Source: Cyanobacteriota bacterium
Lineage (GTDB): Bacteria > Cyanobacteriota > Cyanobacteriia > PCC-6307 > Cyanobiaceae
DNA: 64,000 nucleotides
Assembly: GCA_046052125.1 (NCBI GenBank)
Contig: JBJOMY010000002.1
Coordinates: 64,001 to 128,000 of the forward strand
Direction of reading: 5' to 3'
Shown: positions 20,441 to 29,462 of the stretch, piece by piece
Position numbering within the stretch: position 1 is the stretch's first letter
Layout: every line of letters begins with the position of its first letter
The notes under the pieces: model-generated
The model's input: the letters and a program-made list of their open reading frames with translations, nothing else
Databases searched by the model: none
Told to the model about the DNA's origin: nothing
Program-made: the position numbers and the translations under genes

Positions 20441-21913
20441 TTAGCCCTTGAGTTTCTGAGTGAGGATCTGGTTCGCGAGCTTTGGATCTGCCTTGCCGCC
20501 GGTTTTCTTCATCAGCTGACCGACAAAGAAGCCCTGCAGCTTGGTCTTGCCGCCGCGGAAGGCTTCCACCTGTTCTGGGTGCGCCGCCAGCAATTCCTCA
20601 ACGATCGCTGTGATCGCCGCCGGGTCACTGATCATTCCCAGACCGCGCTCTTCGACGATCGCCGCCGGTGAGCCCCCCTTCTCCAGAAGCTCGGGCAGGA
20701 TCTCCTTGGCGATCTTGCCGCTGATCGTGCCGCCGTCGATCAGCGTGACCATCTCCGCCAGCTGCTCCGGGCGGAAGGCGAGCTCGGAGTAGCTGAGGCG
20801 ATTGGCATTCACATAGGCGGCGATATCGCCGGCGATCCAGTTGGCCACACCCTTGGCGTCTGCCCCGGCCGCCACAGCAGCTTCAAAGAACTCCGCCATC
20901 GGCCGCTCATCGGTGAGCACACGGGCGTCGTATTGCGAGAGTCCGAATTCCTCGGCGTAGCGGTGACGCTTGGCCGCCGGCAGCTCCGGCAGCTCAGCGC
21001 GCCAACCCTCGCGCAGATCGGCACCCACCTCAATCGGGCCAAGATCCGGATCGGGGAAATAGCGATAGTCGCTGGCGCCTTCCTTACCGCGCATGCTCTT
21101 GGTGAGCTGTTTGCCCTCATCCCAGAGGCGGGTTTCCTGCACCACCGGCTCTCCGGTTTCGTAGGCCTTGATCTGGCGCTGAATCTCGTATTCACAGGCC
21201 CGTTGGATGGCAGAGAAGGAGTTCATGTTCTTGATCTCCACCTTCGTGCCGAAGGGCGCATCAGGCCCGCGGCGCACGGAGATGTTCACATCGCAGCGCA
21301 GGGAGCCCTCCTGCATATTTCCGTCGCTGACCCCCAGGTACCGCATGATCCGGCGGATCTCGGAGGCGTATTCCGCCGCCTCACGGCCCGTGCGGAGATC
21401 GGGCTTACTGACGATTTCAGCGAGGGCCACACCGGCGCGGTTGTAATCCACCAGTGAATGGGTCGAGCCCGCCAGGCGGTCACTGCCGGCATGCACCAAC
21501 TTGCCGGCGTCTTCCTCCATGTGCAGGCGCTCAATGCCGATGCGCTTGAGGTAGCTGTCTTTGCCTTTTTCAGCCACCTCGACTTCGATCCAGCCGTCTT
21601 CAGCGATCGGCTCATCGTATTGGGAGATCTGGTAGTTCTTCGGCAGATCGGGATAGAAATATTGCTTACGATCGAACTTGCTGTGCTCAGCGATGTTGAG
21701 ATTGAGGGCCATGGCCGCCTTCACCGCATACTCGAGCACCTTCTGATTGAGCACTGGCAGGGTGCCGGGCAGCCCGCACACCACAGGATCAATGTGGGTG
21801 TTGGGGTCATCACCGAAGGCAGTCGAGGCGCTGGTGAAGATCTTGCTGTTGGTCCCCAACTGCACGTGGGTCTCCAGGCCGATCACTGCTTCCCAGGCCG
21901 CCTCAGCTGCCAT
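20441..21913 (-). CDS. gatB: Asp/Glu-tRNA amidotransferase subunit B
   Basis: VIGLETHVQL, YFYPDLPKNYQISQ, HMEEDAGK, YRYFPDPDL. Confidence 0.99.
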   Translation of the reverse strand: MAAEAAWEAVIGLETHVQLGTNSKIFTSASTAFGDDPNTHIDPVVCGLPGTLPVLNQKVLEYAVKAAMALNLNIAEHSKFDRKQYFYPDLPKNYQISQYDEPIAEDGWIEVEVAEKGKDSYLKRIGIERLHMEEDAGKLVHAGSDRLAGSTHSLVDYNRAGVALAEIVSKPDLRTGREAAEYASEIRRIMRYLGVSDGNMQEGSLRCDVNISVRRGPDAPFGTKVEIKNMNSFSAIQRACEYEIQRQIKAYETGEPVVQETRLWDEGKQLTKSMRGKEGASDYRYFPDPDLGPIEVGADLREGWRAELPELPAAKRHRYAEEFGLSQYDARVLTDERPMAEFFEAAVAAGADAKGVANWIAGDIAAYVNANRLSYSELAFRPEQLAEMVTLIDGGTISGKIAKEILPELLEKGGSPAAIVEERGLGMISDPAAITAIVEELLAAHPEQVEAFRGGKTKLQGFFVGQLMKKTGGKADPKLANQILTQKLKG

Positions 21914-22006
21914 GTCCCGTCTCCAAGCGTGCCTCGATCCTATGGAAGAGGCCCTGGGGCCAGGGGTCCGTCAAGCTGAAACACTTAACCCTGCTCCCAA
22001 CGCTGC

Positions 22007-23116
22007 GTGATGGCGGTGCTGATCCTGGGTGGCGGCCTGATGGGTCTGGCCCTCGCCCACCAATTGGCGCGCAACGGTCAACGGGTGGAAGTGTTGAGCC
22101 GGCGCCGCAGCGAAGCCGCGGGCTTTGTGGCCGCGGGGATGCTGGCTCCCCATGCCGAGGGGCTGAGCGGCGATCTGCTGCGCCTGGGCCAAATCAGCCT
22201 CGAGCGGATTCCCGACTGGGTCAAGCAGATCGAAGCAGACAGCGGGGTGAACTGCGGCCTACGCCCCTGCGGGATCGTGGTGCCCTTTGCTTCAGAGGCA
22301 GAGCGGGATGTGTATCCCACCGCCCGCTGGGGCACGGCGCTGAACCGCCAGCAATTGGAAGAGGAGGTTCCTGGCATCGGGCCTGGCTGGCAAGCCGGAT
22401 TGCTGTTCTCCCAGGACGGGCAGATCGACAACCGCCGCCAGCTGATGCGCGCCCTCGAGCGCTCCTGCGTCGATCTGGGGGTGCGCTTCCAAGAGGGCCT
22501 TGAGGTGCTCGAGGTCCTCCAGAGCCAGCAACAACTCCAGGGGGTGCGGGTCCGCAATGCAGAAGGCGACCTCGAAACCCTGAGGGCTGATCAGGCGGTG
22601 CTGTGTTGTGGGGCCTGGAGCGGACAACTGCTGCCCGATCTGCCGATCCACCCGGTGAAGGGACAGATGCTCTCGTTGCAGGGGCCAAGAGACGCCTTGC
22701 AGCGGGTGATTTTTGGACCTGGCACCTATTTGGTGCCCAGGGAGGACGGCCTGCTGGTGGTGGGCGCCACCAGCGAACGCGAGGCGGGGTTCACCGGCGG
22801 TCTGACCCCCTTCGGGCAGCGACAACTCCAGGCGGGGATCGCGGCCCTGCTGCCGGAAGCCGAACACTGGCCACCGATGGAGCGCTGGTGGGGCTTCCGT
22901 CCCTGCACCCCCGATGAAGGTCCTCTGCTGGGAGCCAGCAGGATCAAAGGTCTATGGCTGGCAGCAGGGCATCACCGCAATGGGGTTCTGCTGGCGGCGA
23001 TCACCGCCGAGCTGCTGCGCGGATGCCTGCTCGAGGAGGAGCTCTCCCTGGAGCACCAGCAGCTGCTCGAAGCCTTCAGCTACCGGCGCTTCGAGCGGGA
23101 CAAACGCTTCGACTGA
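22007..23116 (+). CDS. thiO: Glycine oxidase ThiO
   Basis: ILGGGLMG FAD motif, AAGMLAP, PVKGQM, GFRPCTPD, GHHRNGVLLA. Confidence 0.92.
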   Translation: MMAVLILGGGLMGLALAHQLARNGQRVEVLSRRRSEAAGFVAAGMLAPHAEGLSGDLLRLGQISLERIPDWVKQIEADSGVNCGLRPCGIVVPFASEAERDVYPTARWGTALNRQQLEEEVPGIGPGWQAGLLFSQDGQIDNRRQLMRALERSCVDLGVRFQEGLEVLEVLQSQQQLQGVRVRNAEGDLETLRADQAVLCCGAWSGQLLPDLPIHPVKGQMLSLQGPRDALQRVIFGPGTYLVPREDGLLVVGATSEREAGFTGGLTPFGQRQLQAGIAALLPEAEHWPPMERWWGFRPCTPDEGPLLGASRIKGLWLAAGHHRNGVLLAAITAELLRGCLLEEELSLEHQQLLEAFSYRRFERDKRFD

Positions 23117-23173
23117 AGCCATTCCACAAAACTTTCCGACAGATCGCCCTGATGCCCCAGGCTTTTGCGACAT

Positions 23174-23204
23174 AAAAAAGCCGGGGTGCTCTCGCAACCC
23201 CGGC
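23174..23204 (-). terminator. Intrinsic terminator of ndk
   Basis: GCCGGGGT-loop-ACCCCGGC stem followed by T6 on the minus strand. Confidence 0.85.
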
Positions 23205-23230
23205 CGGGACCGTGCTCTGAAAGGGCTTGA

Positions 23231-23689
23231 TCAGCCTTCGACGCGCCAGGTCTGATCAGAAGGGGTCCAGTCGCTGAGCTCAGAGGCCTGGAACCAGAGA
23301 CCGATCTCGAACTGGGCGGTTTCCGGGGCGTCGGAACCGTGGATCACGTTGCGGCCGATGTTCACGGCCAGGTCACCACGGATGGTGCCGGGCTCGGCCT
23401 CGAGGGGCTTGGTGGCACCGATCAGCTTGCGGGCGCTGGCGATCACGCCGTCGCCTTCCCACACCATCGCCACCACGGGGCCGGAGGTGATGAAGTCAAC
23501 GAGGCCAGCGAAGAAGGGACGCTCACGGTGCACGCCGTAGTGGCTCTCGGCCAGCTCACGGCTGGGGGTGAGCTGTTTGAGGCCCACCAGCTTGAAGCCC
23601 TTGCGCTCGAAGCGGCCGAGGATCTCGCCCACCAGCCCGCGCTGAACACCATCGGGCTTGATGGCAACAAAGGTGCGCTCGGCAGCCAT
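23231..23689 (-). CDS. ndk: Nucleoside-diphosphate kinase
   Basis: [30 protein letters not shown]. Confidence 0.99.
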   Translation of the reverse strand: MAAERTFVAIKPDGVQRGLVGEILGRFERKGFKLVGLKQLTPSRELAESHYGVHRERPFFAGLVDFITSGPVVAMVWEGDGVIASARKLIGATKPLEAEPGTIRGDLAVNIGRNVIHGSDAPETAQFEIGLWFQASELSDWTPSDQTWRVEG

Positions 23690-23803
23690 AACTCAAAACG
23701 TTGTATCCGGCCCATCGTCCGTGGCCGCCCTGCCGCTTGGCAAGCAGACCTGGCACAGCGGGCGTCAGTCCTTAGATTTCCGCCATTGCCCTGCTCCCGG
23801 TTG

Positions 23804-25738
23804 ATGGTCGCCGCTGAACACACCGGCTGGAGCGTGAATGACAGTGCAGCCCTCTACGGCCTTGATCGCTGGGGGGATCCCTATTTCTCGGTGAATGGGC
23901 GCGGGCACATCAGTGTTCAACCCAAAGGTGAGCGGGGCGGAAGCCTCGATCTGCTGGATCTGGTCCAGGGTCTTGAGGGGCGCAATCACACCCTCCCCCT
24001 ACTGATCCGCTTCGACGACATCCTCGAAGATCGCCTCGAACGCCTACACGCCGCCTTCGAGCGCGCGATCGCTCAATACGGATACAACGGTCGCTACCAG
24101 GGTGTGTTCCCTGTGAAGTGCAACCAGCAGCGCCACGTGGTCGAAGAACTGGTGGCCTGCGGCAAACGCTGGCACTTCGGGCTGGAGGCCGGCAGCAAGG
24201 CGGAATTGCTGATCGCCCTCTCGCTGATCGATGACCAGGAAGCGCTGCTGATCTGCAACGGATACAAGGATCAGCGCTACATCGAGACCGCCATCCTCGC
24301 CAGGCGCCTCGGCCGGCAACCGGTGGTGGTGATTGAGCAGGCCGATGAGGTCGAACGCATCATCCAAGCCAGCAAAGGGCTGGGCGCCGCCCCCTTCATC
24401 GGCATCCGCGCCAAGCTTTCGAGTCGCAGCACCGGGCGCTGGGGCAGCTCCGTGGGGGCCAAGGCCAAATTCGGCCTCTCCATTCCCGACCTGCTGGCCA
24501 CGGTTGAGGCCCTGCGGCAAGCCGATCTGCTGAACGATCTGAAGTTGCTGCACTTCCACGTCGGCAGCCAGATCAATGACATCGCCGTTCTCAAGGACGC
24601 CCTCCAGGAAGCGGGGCAGATCTATGTCGAACTGACCAAGCTCGGGGCCCCCATGGGGTTCCTCGATGTGGGCGGAGGCCTGGGGGTGGATTACGACGGG
24701 AGCCGCACCGCCACGGCTGCCTCCACCAACTACTCCCTGCAGAACTACGCCAACGATGTGGTCGCCACTGTGCGCGAGTGCTGCGAACCCCATGGCGTCC
24801 CGGTGCCCACCCTGGTCAGTGAAAGCGGACGGGCGATCGCCAGTCACTTCTCGGTGTTGGTGTTCAACGTGCTGGGGCAAAGCGCTGTGCCGAGCGGTTG
24901 CCCCGCCGCCAGCGACAACGAAGCCCTGACAGTCCGCAACCTGCGGCAAACCCTGGCGGAGATCGCCGCAGTGGAGGGGGGGCAGACCAGCGACACCTCC
25001 AAATTGCAGGAGGCCTGGAACGACGCCCTCAAGTTCAAAGATGACGCCCTGAACGCGTTCCGCCTGGGCTATCTGGGCCTGACCGAACGATCCGTGGCGG
25101 AGCAGCTCACCTGGGCCTGCGCCCAGACCATCGCCTCGAAACTTCCCAACAGCGACACCATCCCCGAGGAGCTCAAGAACCTCAAAGCGGAACTGGCCTC
25201 CACCTTCTACGCCAACCTCTCGGTGTTCCGGTCCGCCCCCGACAGCTGGGCAATTGAGCAGCTGTTTCCCCTGCTGCCCATCCATCGGCTCAACGAGAAG
25301 CCCCAGGAACTCGGGCACTTCGCCGATCTCACCTGTGACTCCGATGGCAAGTTGGCGCGCTTCATCGCCCAGGGCCAGAGCAAGCCGCTCCTGGAGCTGC
25401 ATCACCACAATCCCGATGAGCCCTATCTGATCGGACTGTTCCTGGGCGGGGCCTATCAGGAGGTGATGGGTAACCTGCACAACCTGTTCGGCAGCACCAA
25501 TGCGGTGCACATCCGCTTGTCACCAGGAGGGGGCTACCAGGTGGATCACGTGGTGCGCGGAAACACCAACGCCGAGGTGCTGGAGGCGATGGAGCACAGC
25601 CCTGAACTGCTGCTGGAACGCCTGCGAGTCGCCAGTGAAACCGCGATCCAACGGGGCGACCTCAAAATCCAGGAGGCCCGTCGCCTGATGGATCATCTGG
25701 AAACCAGCCTGCGGCAAACCACCTACCTGCAGAACTAG
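23804..25738 (+). CDS. speA: Biosynthetic arginine decarboxylase
   Basis: FPVKCNQ, GLEAGSKAEL, LHFHVGSQI, DVGGGLGVDYDG, TCDSDG, GAYQEVMG. Confidence 0.97.
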   Translation: MVAAEHTGWSVNDSAALYGLDRWGDPYFSVNGRGHISVQPKGERGGSLDLLDLVQGLEGRNHTLPLLIRFDDILEDRLERLHAAFERAIAQYGYNGRYQGVFPVKCNQQRHVVEELVACGKRWHFGLEAGSKAELLIALSLIDDQEALLICNGYKDQRYIETAILARRLGRQPVVVIEQADEVERIIQASKGLGAAPFIGIRAKLSSRSTGRWGSSVGAKAKFGLSIPDLLATVEALRQADLLNDLKLLHFHVGSQINDIAVLKDALQEAGQIYVELTKLGAPMGFLDVGGGLGVDYDGSRTATAASTNYSLQNYANDVVATVRECCEPHGVPVPTLVSESGRAIASHFSVLVFNVLGQSAVPSGCPAASDNEALTVRNLRQTLAEIAAVEGGQTSDTSKLQEAWNDALKFKDDALNAFRLGYLGLTERSVAEQLTWACAQTIASKLPNSDTIPEELKNLKAELASTFYANLSVFRSAPDSWAIEQLFPLLPIHRLNEKPQELGHFADLTCDSDGKLARFIAQGQSKPLLELHHHNPDEPYLIGLFLGGAYQEVMGNLHNLFGSTNAVHIRLSPGGGYQVDHVVRGNTNAEVLEAMEHSPELLLERLRVASETAIQRGDLKIQEARRLMDHLETSLRQTTYLQN

Positions 25739-26015
25739 ATCAACGACCGGCAGGCCCAGAGATATCTCGAAGCCATTAAAAGACCCACCCAATAAGCAAA
25801 GTCACCCATATATTTGACAAGAAAAAGCAAGATAAAAAAGTACTTTTTCGAGCATGACTTCACCAGTCTTACCGGCACAAAGGGTGGGCCCCCGCCAGGC
25901 GCAAGTCGCTGGCGGAGGATAAATAGGCTGGCATGGGACTCAGGCTACAGAATTACCCTTGCCTCGACCAGAGCATGCCCACCCCAAAATCAGCCGCTAT
26001 TGCGACTAGAAGCCA

Positions 26016-26945
26016 CTAAATTGCCGGCAGACCGAGAGCTCTGGCACAGCTAGAGTTTCGATTATCAACCGGGATCGAGATCCGAAGGTTGTCATTTAAA
26101 TATTCAAGCCTGATGCAATTCTCAGGCATCCGCGCATACTTTGCAATCACAGAAGCCTTTGCGAATTTTGCAATGTAGGTATTTGCAGTTGGAGTAATCG
26201 TCCGCAGTGCATTTGTCGCAGCAGTGCTGGCGATTTTGCGCATCGTGCGATCCGGGAGCAGAGAATCAATACCACCAAGATCAAACGACCCCGAAACACC
26301 CACACTTGACTGAGGCTTAAGAGTCAGATTATTATTAAAGAGTAGGTTGATTTGTATCGCTGGGCTGTTCCAGTTCACGTCCGGGCATGCATTATCTATC
26401 CAACCGCCTGGTCCAGCGGGATCGCCATGGCAGAGCAACTTTGCTCGCGAGAAAGGAATAGTAAAACGCAAGCCTCCTGGAATGGGGGCAACGCTTTCAA
26501 CACCACTGGAAATCGGATCCCCTACGCGGACCTTAATATCAAGTGGACTGACGTTACTCGTGTACTTGAACAGTGTGCCGTCAGCTATGACTGCTGTCGA
26601 ATGCGGATTCTGCCTAAAATTGATCGAGGGAATCTCCTGAGGTCCCAAACGCCAATCTAGCTTGGTCTGGCCACCCCAGCCGGTGGAATAAATTTTGAAG
26701 CCAGATTGAGAAAAGTAGGGATTCAACAGCGCTGCAAGCGCTGTGTTGTTGCACGAGACGCCAACCTGCGGTGATGCTTGGGTCGGAAATGCCGCCACAA
26801 CGCATCCTTCGCGCATTAGGGCAGCTGCCGCCTGACTAACAGCCTGCTGCGAGGGGACAGCTGCCGATACAGGAGTGCTAGCAGTTGCGAAGACAGAGAA
26901 TCCTGCTAGCAATACTGCTGTTTTACGATGGCCAGATGAAATCAT
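26016..26945 (-). CDS. Unrecognised secreted protein (beta-rich, 5 Cys or more)
   Basis: Signal-like MISSGHRKTAVLLAGFSVFATASTPVSA; low-GC codon usage; start chosen at ATG 26945. Confidence 0.7.
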   Translation of the reverse strand: MISSGHRKTAVLLAGFSVFATASTPVSAAVPSQQAVSQAAAALMREGCVVAAFPTQASPQVGVSCNNTALAALLNPYFSQSGFKIYSTGWGGQTKLDWRLGPQEIPSINFRQNPHSTAVIADGTLFKYTSNVSPLDIKVRVGDPISSGVESVAPIPGGLRFTIPFSRAKLLCHGDPAGPGGWIDNACPDVNWNSPAIQINLLFNNNLTLKPQSSVGVSGSFDLGGIDSLLPDRTMRKIASTAATNALRTITPTANTYIAKFAKASVIAKYARMPENCIRLEYLNDNLRISIPVDNRNSSCARALGLPAI

Positions 26946-27357
26946 CAGAAAGCCTGAAGAAGCACATCCGAACAGTAGCCAGACTGCAGACAAACGGCTG
27001 AGGCCTTATTTTTTTTCAATATTCAAACAACAGAAGGCTCAGGCTTTTGAGGCGATCAAACGATTGAACAGCGAGAATTCACACGCTGCACCTTGACCAT
27101 CCGCCTGGTAGATGCGCGGCTGCCATAGGAGTGGAAGCTTAATGGTCGCCGCAACTTATCCGAGCTCTCGAAAGCAAAGCAACAATAGCGGCGCTGAGTA
27201 TTAAGATCAAAGAACAAATGCCCTTTACGACATTGACTGATCACAGATCTGGCTTAGACGAAAAGCCACGCCCCCTATACAGAAGGGCATTAAAACACGT
27301 AGAGAACTCAGAGCCTCCTCTATTTGTAGCCTACTAAGCTATATTGCAGAGAATATC

Positions 27358-29034
27358 TCACTTTGAAAACGCTTGCTGAAGCAGTCCAGACAAGGCCGAA
27401 AGCAACGCACAAGCTAGTTGCTCGCTAAACGTCTGGCCCGTACATGCAGCGGCAGTGGGAGCTCCCATGCCAGGGGGAATCATCTCTTCTGTGGTATCGA
27501 ATTCGCCCTGATCATCGCCACCCGTCAAAGCTGGGTCGCCTCCCTGATCTCCAAGATCTGAACTTGGATCTCCAACACTTGGGTCACCATCGACAACAGC
27601 ATCGCCTCCCGCCATTTCATCTGACAAGCAGGACTGAGAATCAGGATCCAAGTAACTACCAGACGGACAATCTCCCTGACCACCCGAAGGGGAGCCTGAC
27701 GCACCGCCTAAATCCGAGGGTGGCTGAGCTTCTGAGTCTTGACCAGGAAATGGCGTCGACGGCTTTCCTTGCATTGTCTCAACGCACCCAGAAAAGTCCT
27801 GAGCCTTTAAACAGTACTCGGCAATTTGTGGGTCAACCTGGGAAACTAGATTTGAGTGATCAAGCGATCGAGCGCCATGAAGCGCATCAACCAACGCCGT
27901 GAGAGCAACACCGACGTGGGGGGAGCTGTCAGAAGTGAACAAGCCAAAAGATCCTAGACTTGCCACTAGAGCTCGGGACGAATCAAAAGTCATACCGCCC
28001 CCTGAGTCTCCTGGCATCAAATAAGACTGACTTGAATTAGGCTTCACAATTTTCTTAAGATCAATTATTCGCCGCAAAGAAGACTTTGCGCTATCCGAAA
28101 GCACCTGAGCTACGTCCTGCGATAAACCGATCAAACGCAGTGGCATAGCAACTTCAGCAACCTTAAAGCTTGACTGGTTACGTCCGTCAACAAATAACAC
28201 CAAGGCATTGTTAACAGTCAGAACAAGCATTGGGCGACTCTCGCCCGACAACGACCTCCAGACAGCCTCCCTGGCGATAATGCCAAACCTGGAAGCCTTA
28301 CCATTGTTGGCCTTCAGGAAATCAGCATAACTTCCATACAAAGGAAATGCATAGCCATCGGAAGAACGAACGAGGGAAGAAGGCTTTTTGGCGCCAAGGT
28401 ATTTCCCAAATTCGGCAGGACTGATTACCCCTGTATACAAGCAGCGAGAAAGATTTCCACCAAAGCCCTGATAAGTAGAAAGCGAGTTCTTTAGGCTGGA
28501 AGCGATAGCAGCCGCCTTGGCTCCATAAAGCCTGGATCGGAAACCTTTAACGATCTGACCGTCTCGACGAAAAGAACGGCAAACGAGAACAGGCTTTCTC
28601 AGAGGAACAAAACGTGACTTTTGGGTTTTAGGCAGTGGCCTTGAATCACCCAGAGGGCTAGGTAATGGAGCCGAGGGATCAAGTGGGCTAGTGGAAAGCT
28701 CTTTAGAAGGCGGCGTTGCATTCGGACCGGGCACCAGAGGGAAACGCGTTACCGGCGGCTTGACCGGCTTGGGCGAAGTCAGCGATGGCGTAGCACTTGG
28801 ACCAGGCACCACAGGGAAACGGGTAACTGGTGGTTTGAGTTGGTAATTCAGGCCGCCAGCAGAGGGCTTAAGGGGCGTTAGGCCGGTCTTAGGCACACCT
28901 GAGGGCGGCGAAGTCTTGTAGAGCGTTGAAGAGGATGGAGTTTGTTGGGCCAGCAAGGGGTAAGCACCTGCTCCCCAGGCAGACATTGCTCCTAATCCAG
29001 TGATGAAGCAGGCAAGCTTTCGTTTGACCTGCAT
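27358..29034 (-). CDS. Unrecognised secreted modular protein (Pro-rich repeats, basic core, acidic Gly/Asp tail)
   Basis: 558-aa ORF in a low-GC region; signal-like N-terminus; duplicated KPPVTRFPxVPGPxATP. Confidence 0.8.
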   Translation of the reverse strand: MQVKRKLACFITGLGAMSAWGAGAYPLLAQQTPSSSTLYKTSPPSGVPKTGLTPLKPSAGGLNYQLKPPVTRFPVVPGPSATPSLTSPKPVKPPVTRFPLVPGPNATPPSKELSTSPLDPSAPLPSPLGDSRPLPKTQKSRFVPLRKPVLVCRSFRRDGQIVKGFRSRLYGAKAAAIASSLKNSLSTYQGFGGNLSRCLYTGVISPAEFGKYLGAKKPSSLVRSSDGYAFPLYGSYADFLKANNGKASRFGIIAREAVWRSLSGESRPMLVLTVNNALVLFVDGRNQSSFKVAEVAMPLRLIGLSQDVAQVLSDSAKSSLRRIIDLKKIVKPNSSQSYLMPGDSGGGMTFDSSRALVASLGSFGLFTSDSSPHVGVALTALVDALHGARSLDHSNLVSQVDPQIAEYCLKAQDFSGCVETMQGKPSTPFPGQDSEAQPPSDLGGASGSPSGGQGDCPSGSYLDPDSQSCLSDEMAGGDAVVDGDPSVGDPSSDLGDQGGDPALTGGDDQGEFDTTEEMIPPGMGAPTAAACTGQTFSEQLACALLSALSGLLQQAFSK

Positions 29035-29154
29035 CGGGGCGGTCCCAGAGAGATGTCCTTCAGATAGCAGCTCTGCTCAGAGAACGACAACGCTTAGACG
29101 CCATTGTTCATTTACTCGAATCGTCTAAACACTCTTGGGGATCCGGAAGATGCC

Positions 29155-29358
29155 TCAGAGCGCGCAGCTGGGGTGGGCCATCAAGTCGTGGGCCACGTCA
29201 TACGGGGTGTCCTGGGGCTGCAGCCAGGTGGAGCAGTGAAGGGGCTCATCCCCTGGTCGCTCCGCATCGCGGCAGCCTTCCAGGCGAAGACGGCTCCCCA
29301 ACAGCACCAGCTGGAAGCTCCAGTGCTGGCGGGCTTGGATTTCAAAGCTGCTGGCCAT
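29155..29358 (-). CDS. Small hypothetical protein
   Basis: 67-aa ATG ORF preceded by GAGGAG. Confidence 0.5.
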   Translation of the reverse strand: MASSFEIQARQHWSFQLVLLGSRLRLEGCRDAERPGDEPLHCSTWLQPQDTPYDVAHDLMAHPSCAL

Positions 29359-29462
29359 GGCGTGCAGCTCCTCGGCGTTTGATACCAGAAGGATTCCCCC
29401 GCTGTTTCAGGGCGCCAGCCAGCAGGAACGGTTCCTGATCCGGCTGGCCCTGACGCAGGGCC

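Noticed and set aside
25814..25848. TTGACA plus palindrome AAAAAGTACTTTTT at the edge of the low-GC insertion
   Set aside because: No correctly spaced -10 and no credible downstream gene; such palindromes arise easily in A/T-rich DNA.
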